In this document: one piece after another, positions 26,773-40,014 of the stretch
How the letters are laid out: each line of letters starts with the position of its first letter
Position numbering within the stretch: position 1 is the stretch's first letter
DNA from: Bigelowiella natans CCMP2755
Lineage: Eukaryota; Protista; Cercozoa
Direction of reading: 5' to 3'
DNA: 51,041 nucleotides
Assembly (NCBI GenBank): GCA_000320545.1
Contig: ADNK01003392.1
Coordinates: 1-51,041, forward strand
Program-made: the position numbers and the translations under genes
Notes under the pieces: generated by a model
The model's input: only the letters and a program-made list of their open reading frames with translations
What the model was told of the DNA's origin: nothing
Databases searched by the model: none

Positions 26773-27317
26773 GATAAATTCCAGCCATGCGTGCGATTTC
26801 TCTTGAAGCTCTACAATGAGCAGGGGGGCGACATCGTGTACTCAACCGTGGCTACCGGAGCAAGCAAGGGTACCAAGACGGGAAGACAAGACCTCCTAGA
26901 CGAGAATGGAGAGCCCGGTCACGTGTTTCAAATTGCCAGCACATTTCCTCTATTTTACCATTCAAAATCGGTGGTCTCTTTCTTTTCGGATCCCCAAAAA
27001 CAGGCCTCGGGTTCGTGGCACACGCTTTGCAAACTGCACAGAATGCAAAGAAGGCCGGCTATGAAGAGGAAGTTCAGGTTGAGGCCATCTCTTTTCGTAT
27101 GTATGAGCATCATTTGACCCGGACAAACATGCACACACGCGCATACATGCACTGACTATTTATTTCTTTATATAAGCGTATGTTGGCATATATATATATA
27201 TATTAAATATCCTCTAGGTCGCAGCACTACTTCACGACGTTGGATGGTGAGCTGCTGCTTAACGCTCACATCTCGCACAAGCTTCAAATAAATATGCGAA
27301 TATATACTGAAGGAGAG

Positions 27318-27365
<48 letters not shown>

Positions 27366-27733
27366 CCTTCACTATCTAAAAACGCTGCATTATTCTGCTG
27401 TGTAAAGGCTTCTCCCAAAGCCGAGTCATGAGCATCGTTCCGATCAACTCACTTCCGCCGACAGCAAAGTATGGCTCGCAAAGCACGACAAGTACGATAG
27501 CCAGTGCCATCCTGAACGATTGGATATCAAAACCCTCTTAGCATCAGCCTGACACATATTTATTGCTTCCCTCCCCAGAAGATATACCAAGTCTGTTGAT
27601 GTCAGTTTTTATGATTAAATCGTACAACATAACGCCAACAACAAATCGTAAAAGTCTTCATTATATGAAATATAAGGCGTGTGGCGGTGTTGCTCTAGGC
27701 CTATATGTGTCACACACACACACACACACACAC

Positions 27734-27773
<40 letters not shown>

Positions 27774-28223
27774 GGGGGCCGACTTTCTAAGGCAACTTGG
27801 ATTCTCGGAGAGAACCGCCAAGCTCGTTGAGGGGCATGTTCAGGTTTGTATGTGTGTGTGTATGTGTGTGTGTGTGTGTGTGTAGGCCCTTACTGCGTTG
27901 TTTTCCTCTGCTGATAATCGCCGTTGTTGTCTGTCTGCGGCACACAGGCAAAGCGGTATCTCTGCTTTAGTGAAGAGGAGTACTATAGCAAGCTGAGCGC
28001 TGGGTCGAAATTCACTCTCAAGCATCAGGGTGCTCTCTTCCTTTACAACCCGTTTCCCTTCCCTCGCGTTGTTGATAATTGCTTTTGTTTTGTTTTGGCG
28101 GTGGCAGGGGGTGTGATGACGGAAAGGAGGCTGCAGACTTCGCAAAGTAGTGTGTGCTAACACTAATTCGTATGGCTTGTCTGTGGTTGTAGTAGAGTTT
28201 GAAGTACTAACATATGCATAAAT

Positions 28224-28262
<39 letters not shown>

Positions 28263-28345
28263 TATTGGTGTGCAGGGACCCCGAAGCAAAGACGATGCTA
28301 GCAATGAGGACATGGGATGCTGGACGACGTCATCGATGCAGTTGA
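26773..28345 (+). CDS. HD-domain protein, PhnZ/TmpB-like di-iron oxygenase family
   Basis: Spliced exons give AHALQTA...VAALLHDVGW...[35 protein letters not shown]...YYSKLSAGSKFTLKHQGGVM...MRTWD, the Phn-HD motif set. Start and end are uncertain. Confidence 0.82.
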
Positions 28346-28370
28346 TAGTAGTGGCGCATTTGCCCGAACT

Positions 28371-28453
<83 letters not shown>

Positions 28454-29102
28454 ATTTGTATGTGGACGGGTGTGATACGGCGACTTTGCAAAATCAAACA
28501 CATACGTGATAACGACGAGCATTGATCCATAGGCTGGCTTCAGTATGACGATATGCTGTCCGCCCCTCTCAAGAATATTCGTGTGGAGGACAAGAAGACT
28601 AAGGGTAATAACGTGTAACCCTCGTGGTTGACCGACGCACTCGTGTCGGGGAGTATTTGATGGTAGCATTAATCTTTACCCCCACCTTCACATCCTCCCT
28701 TAGAACACCACCCCACCCCAGCCTGATGAATTCCATACTCTTTCTTGTGCTGTGCTTAGACTCGATGCAGTGGAAATCTGTGGAGGTAAATGCGAGGGCG
28801 GTGTAGATTCGAAAGCGATGGTAGCGACTACTGCGACAACAGCAGACAGGGAGAACTGGTGTGGGGGGGGTTGGCGGAGGGAGACTGTGTTCCTTTTCAC
28901 ATCATAGAACACTAACGAACCTTTTGGGTTTTGTGTTGGGGACTCAAATATGCTGCGGCTTGTTAGAGCTGACATGGCATGTTTTGAAAAACTATTGTAA
29001 TGAGCAGATTCCAAGGGGAGGTGTCTTGATATACGGGAACATGATGCCGCATATGTCAGAGGCTAATAAATCTAACAAGGTGAGGAGGGGAATATGTAAA
29101 GC

Positions 29103-29146
<44 letters not shown>

Positions 29147-30321
29147 AAATTTGTTGTGCATACAAATATCCTCCTCGCATATGAAGGTATACGAACACAA
29201 AAACATTAAAATATAGTCCGTCGCTTTGATTTGTTGTCTCAACGTGAGAATCTTAGCCATCAGATGATGAAAGCGTGTACACACATCAGAACCGCCGCGC
29301 GTTGTTTCCTATTTACTGTGATAAGGAATCAGTCGGGTAAGGATCATCATAAATTCTGGTTACGACGAAACTTAGTTTGCGGGATTTTGATATTCCTTGA
29401 AATACAATGCTCAGAGTCAACGCCCGTGATAAGTACTATCGATGGGAGGCTCAGAATAGGCGCAAGAACAATTCGGCTCTTTGCAAAGGGAAAGCAAACC
29501 GATTTTTCATGGGAAAGGCCATCCAGGCTTCTTCCTGACACGCTTTGCGTGCACGCAAGGACCTTGCCATCGTCGTCGAGCTTATTTGGGCAAGTGCACG
29601 TAAGGCCAATGCTGCCTCTCGCTAGCGTATCTTCATTAAGTTATGCTCGTTACATGACATGAGATCGAAGCTGATTTCTCCAAATAATTGTAGCGCACAA
29701 TCATCAATCACCGTATGTTTGTTGGTCGTTACGTGGGACGAATGCTAGAATGTGTAGCGCGCCCCGGATCAGAATATGCTCTGGTGCTATATAGCTACAT
29801 GTGCACGTGTGCATATGTCCTATGCATACGACAATGTGCGTATTCTTACGTGGCGGCAGCGTACGATTACGCACAGGCACTAGGATTATATAGTTGCTTG
29901 TCGAGCTGGCGAGCAATTCTAGAATTGTTCAAGTGTTTTACATTATCACATATCCTGCATTACCTAGGATGTAGCTATACAGCCTCGCTAGCTCGCTCTA
30001 GCGCTCTCTCTATATATTGATAGCGCATCTAAGTTCAGGTGTGCCTATCTAGCTATCTAGCTATTCTCTTATAGCCTTTATAGCTCAAGTTCTAGTGTTG
30101 CTCAAACCTTGTCACGTATTGATAAACTTCTGGAAATAAAATGCTGAAAATTGCTTGCAAAAGCGACGATGACATGTACAGACACAGAACCTCATTTTCG
30201 ATGAGGTAGAGACGTAGCTGAACACTACTAGACTGGTATGTTTGCCGCACTACTAGAGCAGCGCTGGAACACTCTAGCACTGCTAGACTGCTGCCATCAC
30301 TCTTCGCACCTAGCCCTTAAC

Positions 30322-31990
30322 TCATAGCTTTGTGAAGCGAACATGGCAGTCGCCCATCGGCGACAAAATGCCAAAACCTGCTCTCGAGAGGTCAAGCTTT
30401 GGAGGAGCATCGATATCCACGTCATATGCCGTCAGGATGAGAATCTGCAGCAGCTTGATCTCGTTCATCGCCATGTTCCTCCCAGGGCACATCGACACGC
30501 CCCCCCCAAATGGCATGAAAGCCACAGTACGCGGGATACTCTTGTTCTCTCCCTTTGAAAATCTCGACTTCAACCGCACCTTCTGCTCCGCTTGCCCCCC
30601 CCCCTCCGCGGCCCCGTCTTCAACGTCGAGATACCGGTCCCAAACGTACGTCTCCGGGTTCTCGTAGATGTCGCTGTCTTTGTGAAGTGTTCGTGGGGCG
30701 ATCATCACCCTATCCCCCTTTCTAAAGCTGTAGGTTCCAGTGTTGAGCTTCATGGACATCGACTCCTGCACCGCTCGCATGCTAAGTGAATCAGAGGCCA
30801 GTCGTAGAGCCTCCATGGACGCGGATTCCAAGCGCACCATTCTCTTCAAGTCATCAACGCTGAACGTCGGAAGAGCCTCTCCGAGTTTCCACGACTCAAA
30901 CCCCTTTTTAGAGCGGATTACAGAGGAGATTTCTTTCCGCAGGGCGTCGATGACGTGGGCGTCCTGGTGCGTGTGGACAACGGCCCAGAAAGCAGCTGGT
31001 AGGGTGTTGGCCTGGGACGCCCACACCAAGGTGCCGTGCGCACGTCCGGTGTCCATATCCGACATCTCAGCGTGATTGGAAAACAAATCGTGACGATTTC
31101 GCACCACCATGCATGCCTCGCTCTTGCGCTCGGATTGGTTCGTCAACTGGTTTGCCATCCGGTCACGTGCCTTCAACGCTTGCGGGGCCGCGATGCTGCC
31201 GGGAATCCCTGCGGCGAGGATCGGAAAGCTCTTGTCAAACTCTAGAAAGTTTTGGCGCAGTTTTTCCAAATCGAGGTTCTTGGAACCGTAGAAAGTCTTG
31301 GTCGTTGCATTGAAAATCACGGGGTGGAGCAGGTCCCAAAGGTTACATTTCGGGCTCTGCTCGTTTTTCTTCAACGGCAAGGCATTTCGCAACTCCTCCG
31401 TGAGGTGCTTGAGCACCGAGGCGCTGAGGCCAGACAGAGGATCCTTGCCGAGAAGCCCCGTCCTCCACCATTGGTGGATAAGCTTCTCGACGTCCGGCTT
31501 TCGTGATACTACCACATTGTTCCCGAAAGCGTTCAGCTCGATTTGCAAGGTTGCCCCCCCAAAGTCGAGTTTCTTCCGCTCTTTGTATACGAGTGGGATA
31601 TCCTCTGGCGCCATGATGAACGTCATGCGCTTTCCGGCGACGATAAGCGTGAAGACGTCGCCGTACCGCGCCTGGCATTTCTTCAAGAAGGTCACGGAGT
31701 CCTTGGCGAAATCAGCTGCAACGCCCAGGAATGGGATGTACCTGTGGTATTCGGAGAGGATTGACATGAAGGGAGGGAAAAGGAGATTCGAACCGTTAGA
31801 CGACCACCGAAGGAAGCAAGGTATATGTTCTCTATTACCCTGACACGATAGGGGGCTCGCCCGCAAAGCGGATGTTGACGTAGATGTACCAAAGAAGCTG
31901 GAGGAGCAGCAGAGCCCCCGCGACGTACAGAACCGTCGGCGCGTACGCGTGGTTGGCCACCATGGCAAGCACTTCACTCACAGCAAACAT
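30322..31990 (-). CDS. Cytochrome P450, CYP7-clan-like (CYP7/CYP8/CYP39)
   Basis: Two exons (31839-31990, 30322-31741). N-terminal TM anchor, GEPPIVSGYIPFLG, I-helix WASQANTLPAAFW, EALR, and heme motif FMPFGGGVSMCPGR. Confidence 0.93.
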
Positions 31991-32398
31991 CTTCCCCGGC
32001 CCCCTCGCCCGGGATCGATCGGGATTTTGAGCGGCGCTCTCCGAGAGATACCCCTCTGGCAGACAACGTGATGTCGCACGAGATACGTTTATAAGCCTGC
32101 GACAATCTAAAAATATTATATTTAAAGAAAATCGCCTCGATTTTTCAGCTTTTACGATCGATAGGTCACGGGCGCCGCGTCGTCCGATCCCGTAACCCCG
32201 GCTGGGCAAGATTCATCTGGATGTTTTCCGCGTAGTTTTAGCCAAAAAAATACTGGATATGTTGGTGTTGACGTAGGCGACGTCTTGCCTTGCTCTCTTC
32301 GATCAGCACTCGCTTGTTAATATTTCATCGGGAGGAAATACATAAAAATGAATGACAAAAGGGAGCTTCTCGCTTCGTACAACAAAAGCAATTTACGA

Positions 32399-32490
32399 CA
32401 GCAGCAGCAGCAGCAGCAGCAACAACAACAACAACAACAACAACTACAACTACAACAAGAACAACTACAACAAGAACAGCAACAACAGAA
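32399..32490 (+). repeat. CAG/CAA trinucleotide tract (polyQ ORF 32348-32590)
   Basis: (CAG)n(CAA)n run lying between two divergent genes. Confidence 0.8.
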
Positions 32491-32710
32491 CGGCAACAAA
32501 AACAGCAAGAAATCCAATTTCCTGACGATGTTTATGGATAGTCCACACCAGATACTTTCTCACAACGCTTCCCGCTCGAACGTCAAATAGTAGAGTTTGT
32601 CGTAGTCCTTTTTGGTTTTAGTGTGGGTTGTTATCCGCACTTATTTATGTCTAAGCCGCAACGGTAGTTTCCATCGGCAACGCGCTCCGCCTCCTCCCCA
32701 CCTGGGAAAG

Positions 32711-34432
32711 ATGGAGGCCTTCGCCATCATTGATTCGATCGAAGCAGAAGAGGAGGCCTCCGTTTTAAAGCAAGAAGTGCGAAGGCTGAAAAAAAGGTTG
32801 AATGAGGCAAACAGGAAGATCAAACAGCTCACCGGAGACGCATCATCCAAGTCCCCCGCGCCCTCCTCTTCGGGAGCGGCTCCGCCTCCATCACCGTATT
32901 CACCTTATTCCCCACATTTAAGAAACAGCAAAGCAGACAGTGCAGAGAGCAGCAAATTTTGTGAAACGCTTCATCAAATGGCGTCCATTAAAGTAGACTA
33001 TCTGCACATCTCTCCTACCCAGAGACGCCAGATGGAGGAGTTTGTCAATGCCTTGTCACCGTATCTCCTAGATACCTCTAATGGAGAGGGGGAAGAGGCG
33101 AAGACGGTGGAAGTTAAAAGGAAAATCCTACATGACGAAGATTCCAAGAAGAGCGACTTGGCAGAGGCCGAAGAAGGCGAGATCGAAGAGGATGATATGG
33201 ACGCCATTCCTTACGACCCGATGCCCCCGACCGTGGTTGAGAGTGAGGCGATCCGGCAGGCTGAATACTACTTTAGCGATAAAAACCTGAATAACGACAA
33301 ATTTTTAAAAGAAACGATAGAGAAAACAAAAGGCCATGGCTGGGCCCCTATCAAAGTGATAGCATCCTTCAAAAAGATGAGGAAGATTAGCACCGACACG
33401 AGCGTCATCACTCGCGCCTTCACCAAGTCCGAGAAACTCGAGGTGTCCACGGATAGATCATGTGTCCGTCGTAGAACGATCAAGTTGCAGCAGGGAGACC
33501 CGTTCAAGCAAAAGGGGAGCAGGGTACCGAGTGGCGAAGTTACCTATTTTCAGACTTTTTGCATCGACACAGTGGGTGTTCCGAACGTCGCCCCCCTCGC
33601 ATTGAGGGCGGGCCACGTACACGAGAACCATGTTCCCAGATATACCGCCCTGAACGAGGTCCCATTGCCCTTGGTCGCCGATCCGCGGAAGATAAGCAAA
33701 AGCTCGGATGGGACGGCAAAGCTCAACATATCGAATCTGATTCAGAGTGTGTATCGGTGTTGGAACTGCGGCGAGACCCGCCACACCTCTGCGGAATGTG
33801 ACAAGCTCAGGTTTCCGAATTTGATAGCTAGGAACAGACAGCTTTGCATCAAATTCGGGGCCTTCCGCGGTCCCCGTGGTGCAAATGCCAATGTCCGCTA
33901 CTACGAAGCCAAGCTCGATCAAACAAACGACAACGACGAAGAGGACCACAGCAGTGTCCAGAAAGAAGGAGGAGGAGGAGGAGGAGGAGTACCTATGGCT
34001 GGAATGAAGAGGTCACGCTCGGATTCAAATCAGCATAATAGCCATTATCAGACAACTCAGAGACGGCGGTACACCACCGAAAAAAGCCAGAACCATCATA
34101 ATTATACTTCTACTCCTTACTTCGAAAGCAGGGCCTTCAATCCTAGAAGATCCTCGTCAGTATCAAACCACTATCCTCCACACCTTATCGCCCCTTACCC
34201 CGATCGCTCCTCATCATATTCTTCTTCTCCCGCTAACGGTAGCTATCCCCAGAATCAATCTTTATCCACGCACTACTCAATGCAAGCATATCATTCCTCG
34301 CAGCCTGCGTTTTCCCGATCAATATCAGGCCCACCGCCGATGGCAAACAGTCGATCGCCACATAATGAAAGTATTCATCGTACTGGTACATCGCGTTCCA
34401 TCCCACCACCACCACCTCAACGAGGTAGGTGA
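32711..34432 (+). CDS. ZCCHC8-like zinc-knuckle RNA-binding protein containing a La (LAM) winged-helix motif; intronless over this span
   Basis: La motif IRQAEYYFSDKNLNNDKFL...GWAPIKVIASFKKMR...VRRR; CCHC knuckle CWNCGETRHTSAEC; N-terminal coiled coil; low-complexity Ser/Tyr/Pro tail. Confidence 0.85.
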   Translation: MEAFAIIDSIEAEEEASVLKQEVRRLKKRLNEANRKIKQLTGDASSKSPAPSSSGAAPPPSPYSPYSPHLRNSKADSAESSKFCETLHQMASIKVDYLHISPTQRRQMEEFVNALSPYLLDTSNGEGEEAKTVEVKRKILHDEDSKKSDLAEAEEGEIEEDDMDAIPYDPMPPTVVESEAIRQAEYYFSDKNLNNDKFLKETIEKTKGHGWAPIKVIASFKKMRKISTDTSVITRAFTKSEKLEVSTDRSCVRRRTIKLQQGDPFKQKGSRVPSGEVTYFQTFCIDTVGVPNVAPLALRAGHVHENHVPRYTALNEVPLPLVADPRKISKSSDGTAKLNISNLIQSVYRCWNCGETRHTSAECDKLRFPNLIARNRQLCIKFGAFRGPRGANANVRYYEAKLDQTNDNDEEDHSSVQKEGGGGGGGVPMAGMKRSRSDSNQHNSHYQTTQRRRYTTEKSQNHHNYTSTPYFESRAFNPRRSSSVSNHYPPHLIAPYPDRSSSYSSSPANGSYPQNQSLSTHYSMQAYHSSQPAFSRSISGPPPMANSRSPHNESIHRTGTSRSIPPPPPQRGR

Positions 34433-35559
34433 GTGTACTACTCTAGTACTCTTGATTCTTCAAATCGGACATGCTAGCATACACACTAGCTAGCTAGCAC
34501 AAGCTAGCAAGATACTCTACTATGTCTGGTGTGTCTACTGTGCATGGTGTGTGTGCATCTTACATGGCTAGATGGCTTAGTGTTATTCGCCTTTCTAGCT
34601 TTTCGCTTATCGATTGCTAGATTGCTTGCGAGCTTGTGTAATGAGAACTAGAGAAGTCAAGAAATTAAATGAAGGTGTGTATATGTGCAATAGCTAGCTA
34701 GCTCTAGCTAGCATGTGCAATCAACCACACATCAGACATCTAGACATGCTAGCATGTGCTGTGCACCAGTCTAGCAGTTCTGAGTTAGCAGTGCGGTCTA
34801 GGATAGCTTGACATAGCTGACAGCGGTCATGTCATGCTAGGATGCGGTGGCGGGGCGCACATGCTAGCATGCAACAATTGTCACGTCTAGACGTAGACTT
34901 CACTACTAGACTAGTTCATGCTGACCACTAGCTAGCTATAGCGGCACATTAACGCGATATTGTTGATGACATTGTTACATGTTGCTGCATGTTTGGCAGC
35001 GCTGGATGCATGCAAATACCTTAGGCCACACACGTTTCTACACACCTATCTATGAACTGTTACTCGAGATTTCGTGCAAAATGAGGGCCAGTTTCGGCTT
35101 TTCGTACATTTTTAATAAAGGTATTAGCTATTAGGTTTTGTGTGGATACCCTCATTCATCGTTTTTTGATCTATTTCAAAGGAACTTCTGCGTTTTCAAA
35201 CAATGCCATTGCATTGTTCGCTGCATTTCTTAGTGATATTTCTATATGAACTATTCAATTTTGATTGTATTATCAGGACCAATGACAAATTGTTCCGTAT
35301 GACACTGAAGGCAATGATAAAACATGTATGATGATTCCTAAGCTGGTAGAATTTCTGCATCCGCATTAAAGCATTTCACACTGATTTTATATTTATAAGA
35401 TAAATACAGATTAACTAATTTCCGATCTATTATTTATTTTCATATTCACACGTACATTACGTGATGTGTGATTTTAGTTTATTCCATACTGAACTAAAGA
35501 TATTTGTCCTGAGGAAAAAAACTATCTCGACTTCTCAAATTGTCTCTACTATTATAGAC

Positions 35560-35673
35560 TACACGTCTAGCATGAGACGGTCATAATCGAGTGTCATGCT
35601 TGGTTCAATCTTGTGCCTTCGATAATACCTAAAATATAAAGATGGAATGGTTCATGGGCAACATAAGACACGA

Positions 35674-35714
<41 letters not shown>

Positions 35715-38700
35715 ATACCGCATAGCTTTGGCCGCCATTGCCATATTTCGTGGAGATTGGGCGATAAGCTGTAGATTAAAAAAACAAAGTATAGTTAGGT
35801 GAGTCTGTTATCTATTGTCGTAAGTTTGACTTATAAACTACTTGAATTTTCATTTGAGGAGTGATGATATTTTCAGAATCATTTGCACCATCGTCGTCGT
35901 CCTTTCCGGCGCCCATATCATCCGCCTCCTCTAGCTGTAAATAGAGTTATTACTTGCAACGTTTTACTAAATATTTGCAATACTGCAATACGCAAACCTT
36001 GAGTCGCGACCAAAATTCGTCATCAGTCTCCTCTGCATTAATTTTGTTTGCCTCATTTTTCCCACCCTTTCTATCTCCCTTAAAATTGCGCGGCGATCTT
36101 GGGGATAACAATGAGGCCTTCATCCTTTCTTGATTTTTTCGAGCTTTTGATTTCGGAGTCAAACTGTACAGAATGGGATTAATATCGAAATCTACGATGT
36201 ATACTTGCAATATTACCCAGTGAGGAGATCAGGAGGCATTGTTCGAAGTGGGCTTCCCCCGTTGTTCTTGGTTACTTGTCCACCAGATGATTCCAATGCG
36301 GGCATACTATTGTCTGAACTCGAATCATAGTTAGAACTGCTTATTGCTGTTGTCGGGAACAGAAAGTAGGACGGCTTATGATTGCCAGCTGCTGACATCA
36401 TATTCATCTTCTCCCCCTTTATCTGAATTACATTAAGTCAATGCAAAATGCAAATAAATCAAATAAATAGTTTTTTTCATATTAATATTAATCCACCTTC
36501 AGATTCGGAGACAGTAGATAATTTTCACTTTCCTCTTTCTTAGTTGGGCTTATGATGTTCCGAAATGAGTTTTCTCCTTGATCCTGTCGTAATGGAGGTG
36601 GACTTCTCGGGGAAATCAGGAATGGTACCCACACTCTTTGCTGCTGATGTTCAGAATGAGGTTCCAGGCCGCCACTATAATCAAAAAGTACATCTTCTGT
36701 CTTCTTCTCTAACTTTTGTCGGGGAAGAGCGTGTTCATCATTACAGGTAGATGGTATACTCTTGCTGTCTAATATCTGCTGGCCCTGCTCCTGCAGCTGA
36801 ACTTTGGATATCTTTGAAACAGGTTGCGAAACACCATTAAGTGAACCCCGGCTTAATTCATTACCATAGGATCCTTTCCTTTCAAGAATATTTGATATTG
36901 TCGAGCAGCTTGGTTGCAAGTGAATCTGGTACCCGGGAACATTCTTGTCTATGATTCTAGGTCCTTGTTGCTGTGGAATATGTAGGGAAAATTCAAGGAT
37001 AAACCGTGGTTGAAAAATGATTAATTAACTAATTAACATTATTCACTGAAACCTTTTCCATTTTTGAATGACGTCTTCCGAGAACAGCCGCAGGAGATGA
37101 TAATAGGTACTGATCAGTTCCCATTTGTAGGGAGGCACAGTCAGTGGTTGAAATATTCTTGCTTTTCTTTGGATGTGCATTGAACACTTTTGTAGTATTT
37201 GCACCGGCCTGTCAATCGTTAAAAGGCTGAATAACTTCTCAATATGGTGAAAATACCAATGATAAAATTACCGTAGAAAAGGCACTTGCGGAATCAGTTG
37301 CTAAGAACCCGTTTGATTGAATCTTTGCAGGCGAGGTGAGAAAATTATGAAGGTTACTTGAATTAGTATTGATTTGAAGATGTGACGGAGGAGCGCTACT
37401 AGCTCTTAAACGGGCTTGAAACATTCTTTCCGATTGGCTCTAATGTAAACAAAATCTTATTTATTTAATTCAATTCGATGAAAAGTATGTTTTTTATTCA
37501 CCCGTTTTGATGGGATGGAAGACATTTGATCTTCCAATTTTCGTTTCGGTGAGGTTTTTGAATCTTGAACGCCTACGATATTGAGTATTAAATCTAATTT
37601 TTCCACAAGAAAAACTGCAAAAAGTACCAGAAACTTTACTTTCAGCCTTTTGTGCAGTGTTCGGCTGTTTTAGAAAAACTGTAGGAGACCCTACCGATCT
37701 CATACTTCCTGTCCCATCTCTTCTCCTCCCACAATGCCTCATTCTTTGATTATTGGGCTCAAGATGAACCGTGGAGGCCTGTGGAGCTTTAATAAAAAAA
37801 GCTGAAAGTTGAGCTGATCTTAGTAAGCGTCTTTGAAGCTCTGCGATTCGCTTGCACTGCGAATTACTGATTCCCATTCTTCTCATTTCCTCATGCTATG
37901 ATAATATTAAGGGTTCAGAAACTATAGTTCCCCATACAGAGTCGATAATTAATGGGACCTTCCATTGAAGGAATGTGGAGCCATCTAAGTCCTCCTGCTT
38001 ATGGAATAGATTGATTCACATACAATTTTAGTGTTTGAAACTAGATATCTTCTTTCAAATACCTGGTGAATAATGTTCAAAGTTTCTTGCTTTAGATGGC
38101 ACATTCGTGAACTAAGGCAGGTATTTAATACATCATATGCTTCCCTTATGAGTCTTCTCGGTAAAGTTTTAAAAAAATAAAGTACGTTTGGTTGCTTAAG
38201 ATCCACTGCATCAGTCCTATTTCTGTAAGGTCTTCTGGACGTACCCTTGATCCCCTCGGCTAAGGAAGACTACATTTCAACATAGTCCATCATCAAACTA
38301 ATGAATTCTTGATACCTTATTGAGAGTCGGCTTTTTAGGATCTATGAAATATTTTATATCAAATTTTGATTGTGCTTCATTTTGACTGTTTTGGGCTCGG
38401 GTATATCCCACAAAGGGATTCATCTTTCCAGCATATGAAGGAACCGATTTGGCACGTAGACGCTTGGGATCGGTAAATCCAAGATAATTATTCAGTCCAT
38501 TCAATGAAATGTTTTGATTGCTGCTGGTTGTCCCAAGATTGTGTAGTCCAAACAAGTGAAGAGGTACCTGGGAGAAAACAATTCATTACTTCTTCCTCTC
38601 CGTTCAGTTGAAATTAGATATCAAATATTGTCTATGTTTCACGTGTTCTCAAGAATTGTATAGCGAGAGAGTAAACATCGATGATACCGCTTGCCCGCCA

Positions 38701-39710
38701 TTAGAAGCTGCTGATAATGCCGCGGCTGCCGCCATCATTTGATTAAAACCTTCACGAGAATACGATCCTTGACCATGTATCAAATTTGGTATGCCGTTGT
38801 TGATGGATTCGCAGCGATTATTAGCTGCCATCCTTTCTTTCGTTTTGTATGTTTCACTTGTTTTGGGAGGGGCGATGTCAGTTCACCGTAATAGCCTAAT
38901 TCATAAATTTCCTGCGAAATGCAAGTCATTTTAAGTGTAATGCAATGTCTTCACAGCCCCTTTTATGTGCAGACCCGCGGAGTTCGGTAGAAAAGGGGGA
39001 TAAAATAAGCTAGGAAGGATGTCTCCGTTTCAGATTAGTTGGTCAATGTTGCTTTGTTTGCATCGCAGTTTGTTGCACGACGTCTTTGCATTTGCCGAAC
39101 GATTCAAACATTTACCCATGTTTTTGTTCCTCATTAACACTTTTTTCCTTTCAAGGAGCTCTCGATAACTCGCAGAAAACAACCCAACGGTTGGCAATAG
39201 ATCTCTGGAGAGTCTCTTCAGCAGAGCACTTCTTGCTAACTTAGTGCTGGTGTGCTTTGTTCGCATTTGAAGTGTCTGAGGGCCATGCAACTCAGTTTGC
39301 ACTTTGACTTGCTTTTCAGGAATACGACATGAGAAAGAAGCTGTCTGCTCATCTGGTGAGGCCAATTTGAAAACATGGTGCCGTACTCTTCGTCTTCTTT
39401 TGCTTTTCTTCTTCAATCATCTGCACGAGAAACATTGGCAGTGCCGGGTTAGAACGCAAAACGACTGTATTTTCTGCCTGCGTACAGCGGACAGGCGAAA
39501 AATCAACAAAATTTTGCAATTGTGTAAGTGTTCAATTCTAGGTGCTCGATGCCAGTCGCAAATGAGGAACACATGCACTTTCCTTTTATCCTTTTTTTCA
39601 AAAATGCAGTGCATTTTGATTAGCATTTGTGGGTAGACATTATCGCAACATCGAAATCCCATCGACTCAACGTCTTGCTTGGAGATGATGCCCGATGCCA
39701 GCACAAGCCT
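35560..39710 (-). CDS. Intron-rich hypothetical gene, Ser/Asn/Gln-rich with Cys/His-rich and basic N-terminal segments
   Basis: Chain of same-strand exon-like ORFs (39417-39704, 39030-39416, 38649-38831, 38298-38555, 37494-37886, 37239-37424, 36488-36919, 36213-36407, 35950-36210) separated by short AT-rich introns. No family recognised. Confidence 0.55.
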
Positions 39711-40014
39711 GGAAAAGAACGAAAAAGCTCAAACCCAGAGTTCAATGGAGAAGAAAGCAGATGTTGGAGAGAACGATGATAACTGTGGTCAGTCTCCTTC
39801 CTAGATGTCTGGGAAATAACTTCTCGTGGGTTTTATTGAACAGGATGACATGATGAAGTGTGATTTGATGAGGATAAGGATCATTCTGGTGTGTAGCATT
39901 TGTTCTAGTCAGACTCGAATGATGAGTTTTTACATGTTTTTCTGCTACCTGAGCCATTCTGCGTCGTATTGTCCGTTTTTTTCGTCGTTCCTAATCAAAA
40001 ACTTTCTTTTTCAG

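Noticed and set aside
31742-31977. ORF-track N-terminus MKCLPWWP... for the P450
   Set aside because: It reads through a 97-bp GT-AG intron; the real TM anchor is in another frame starting at 31990.
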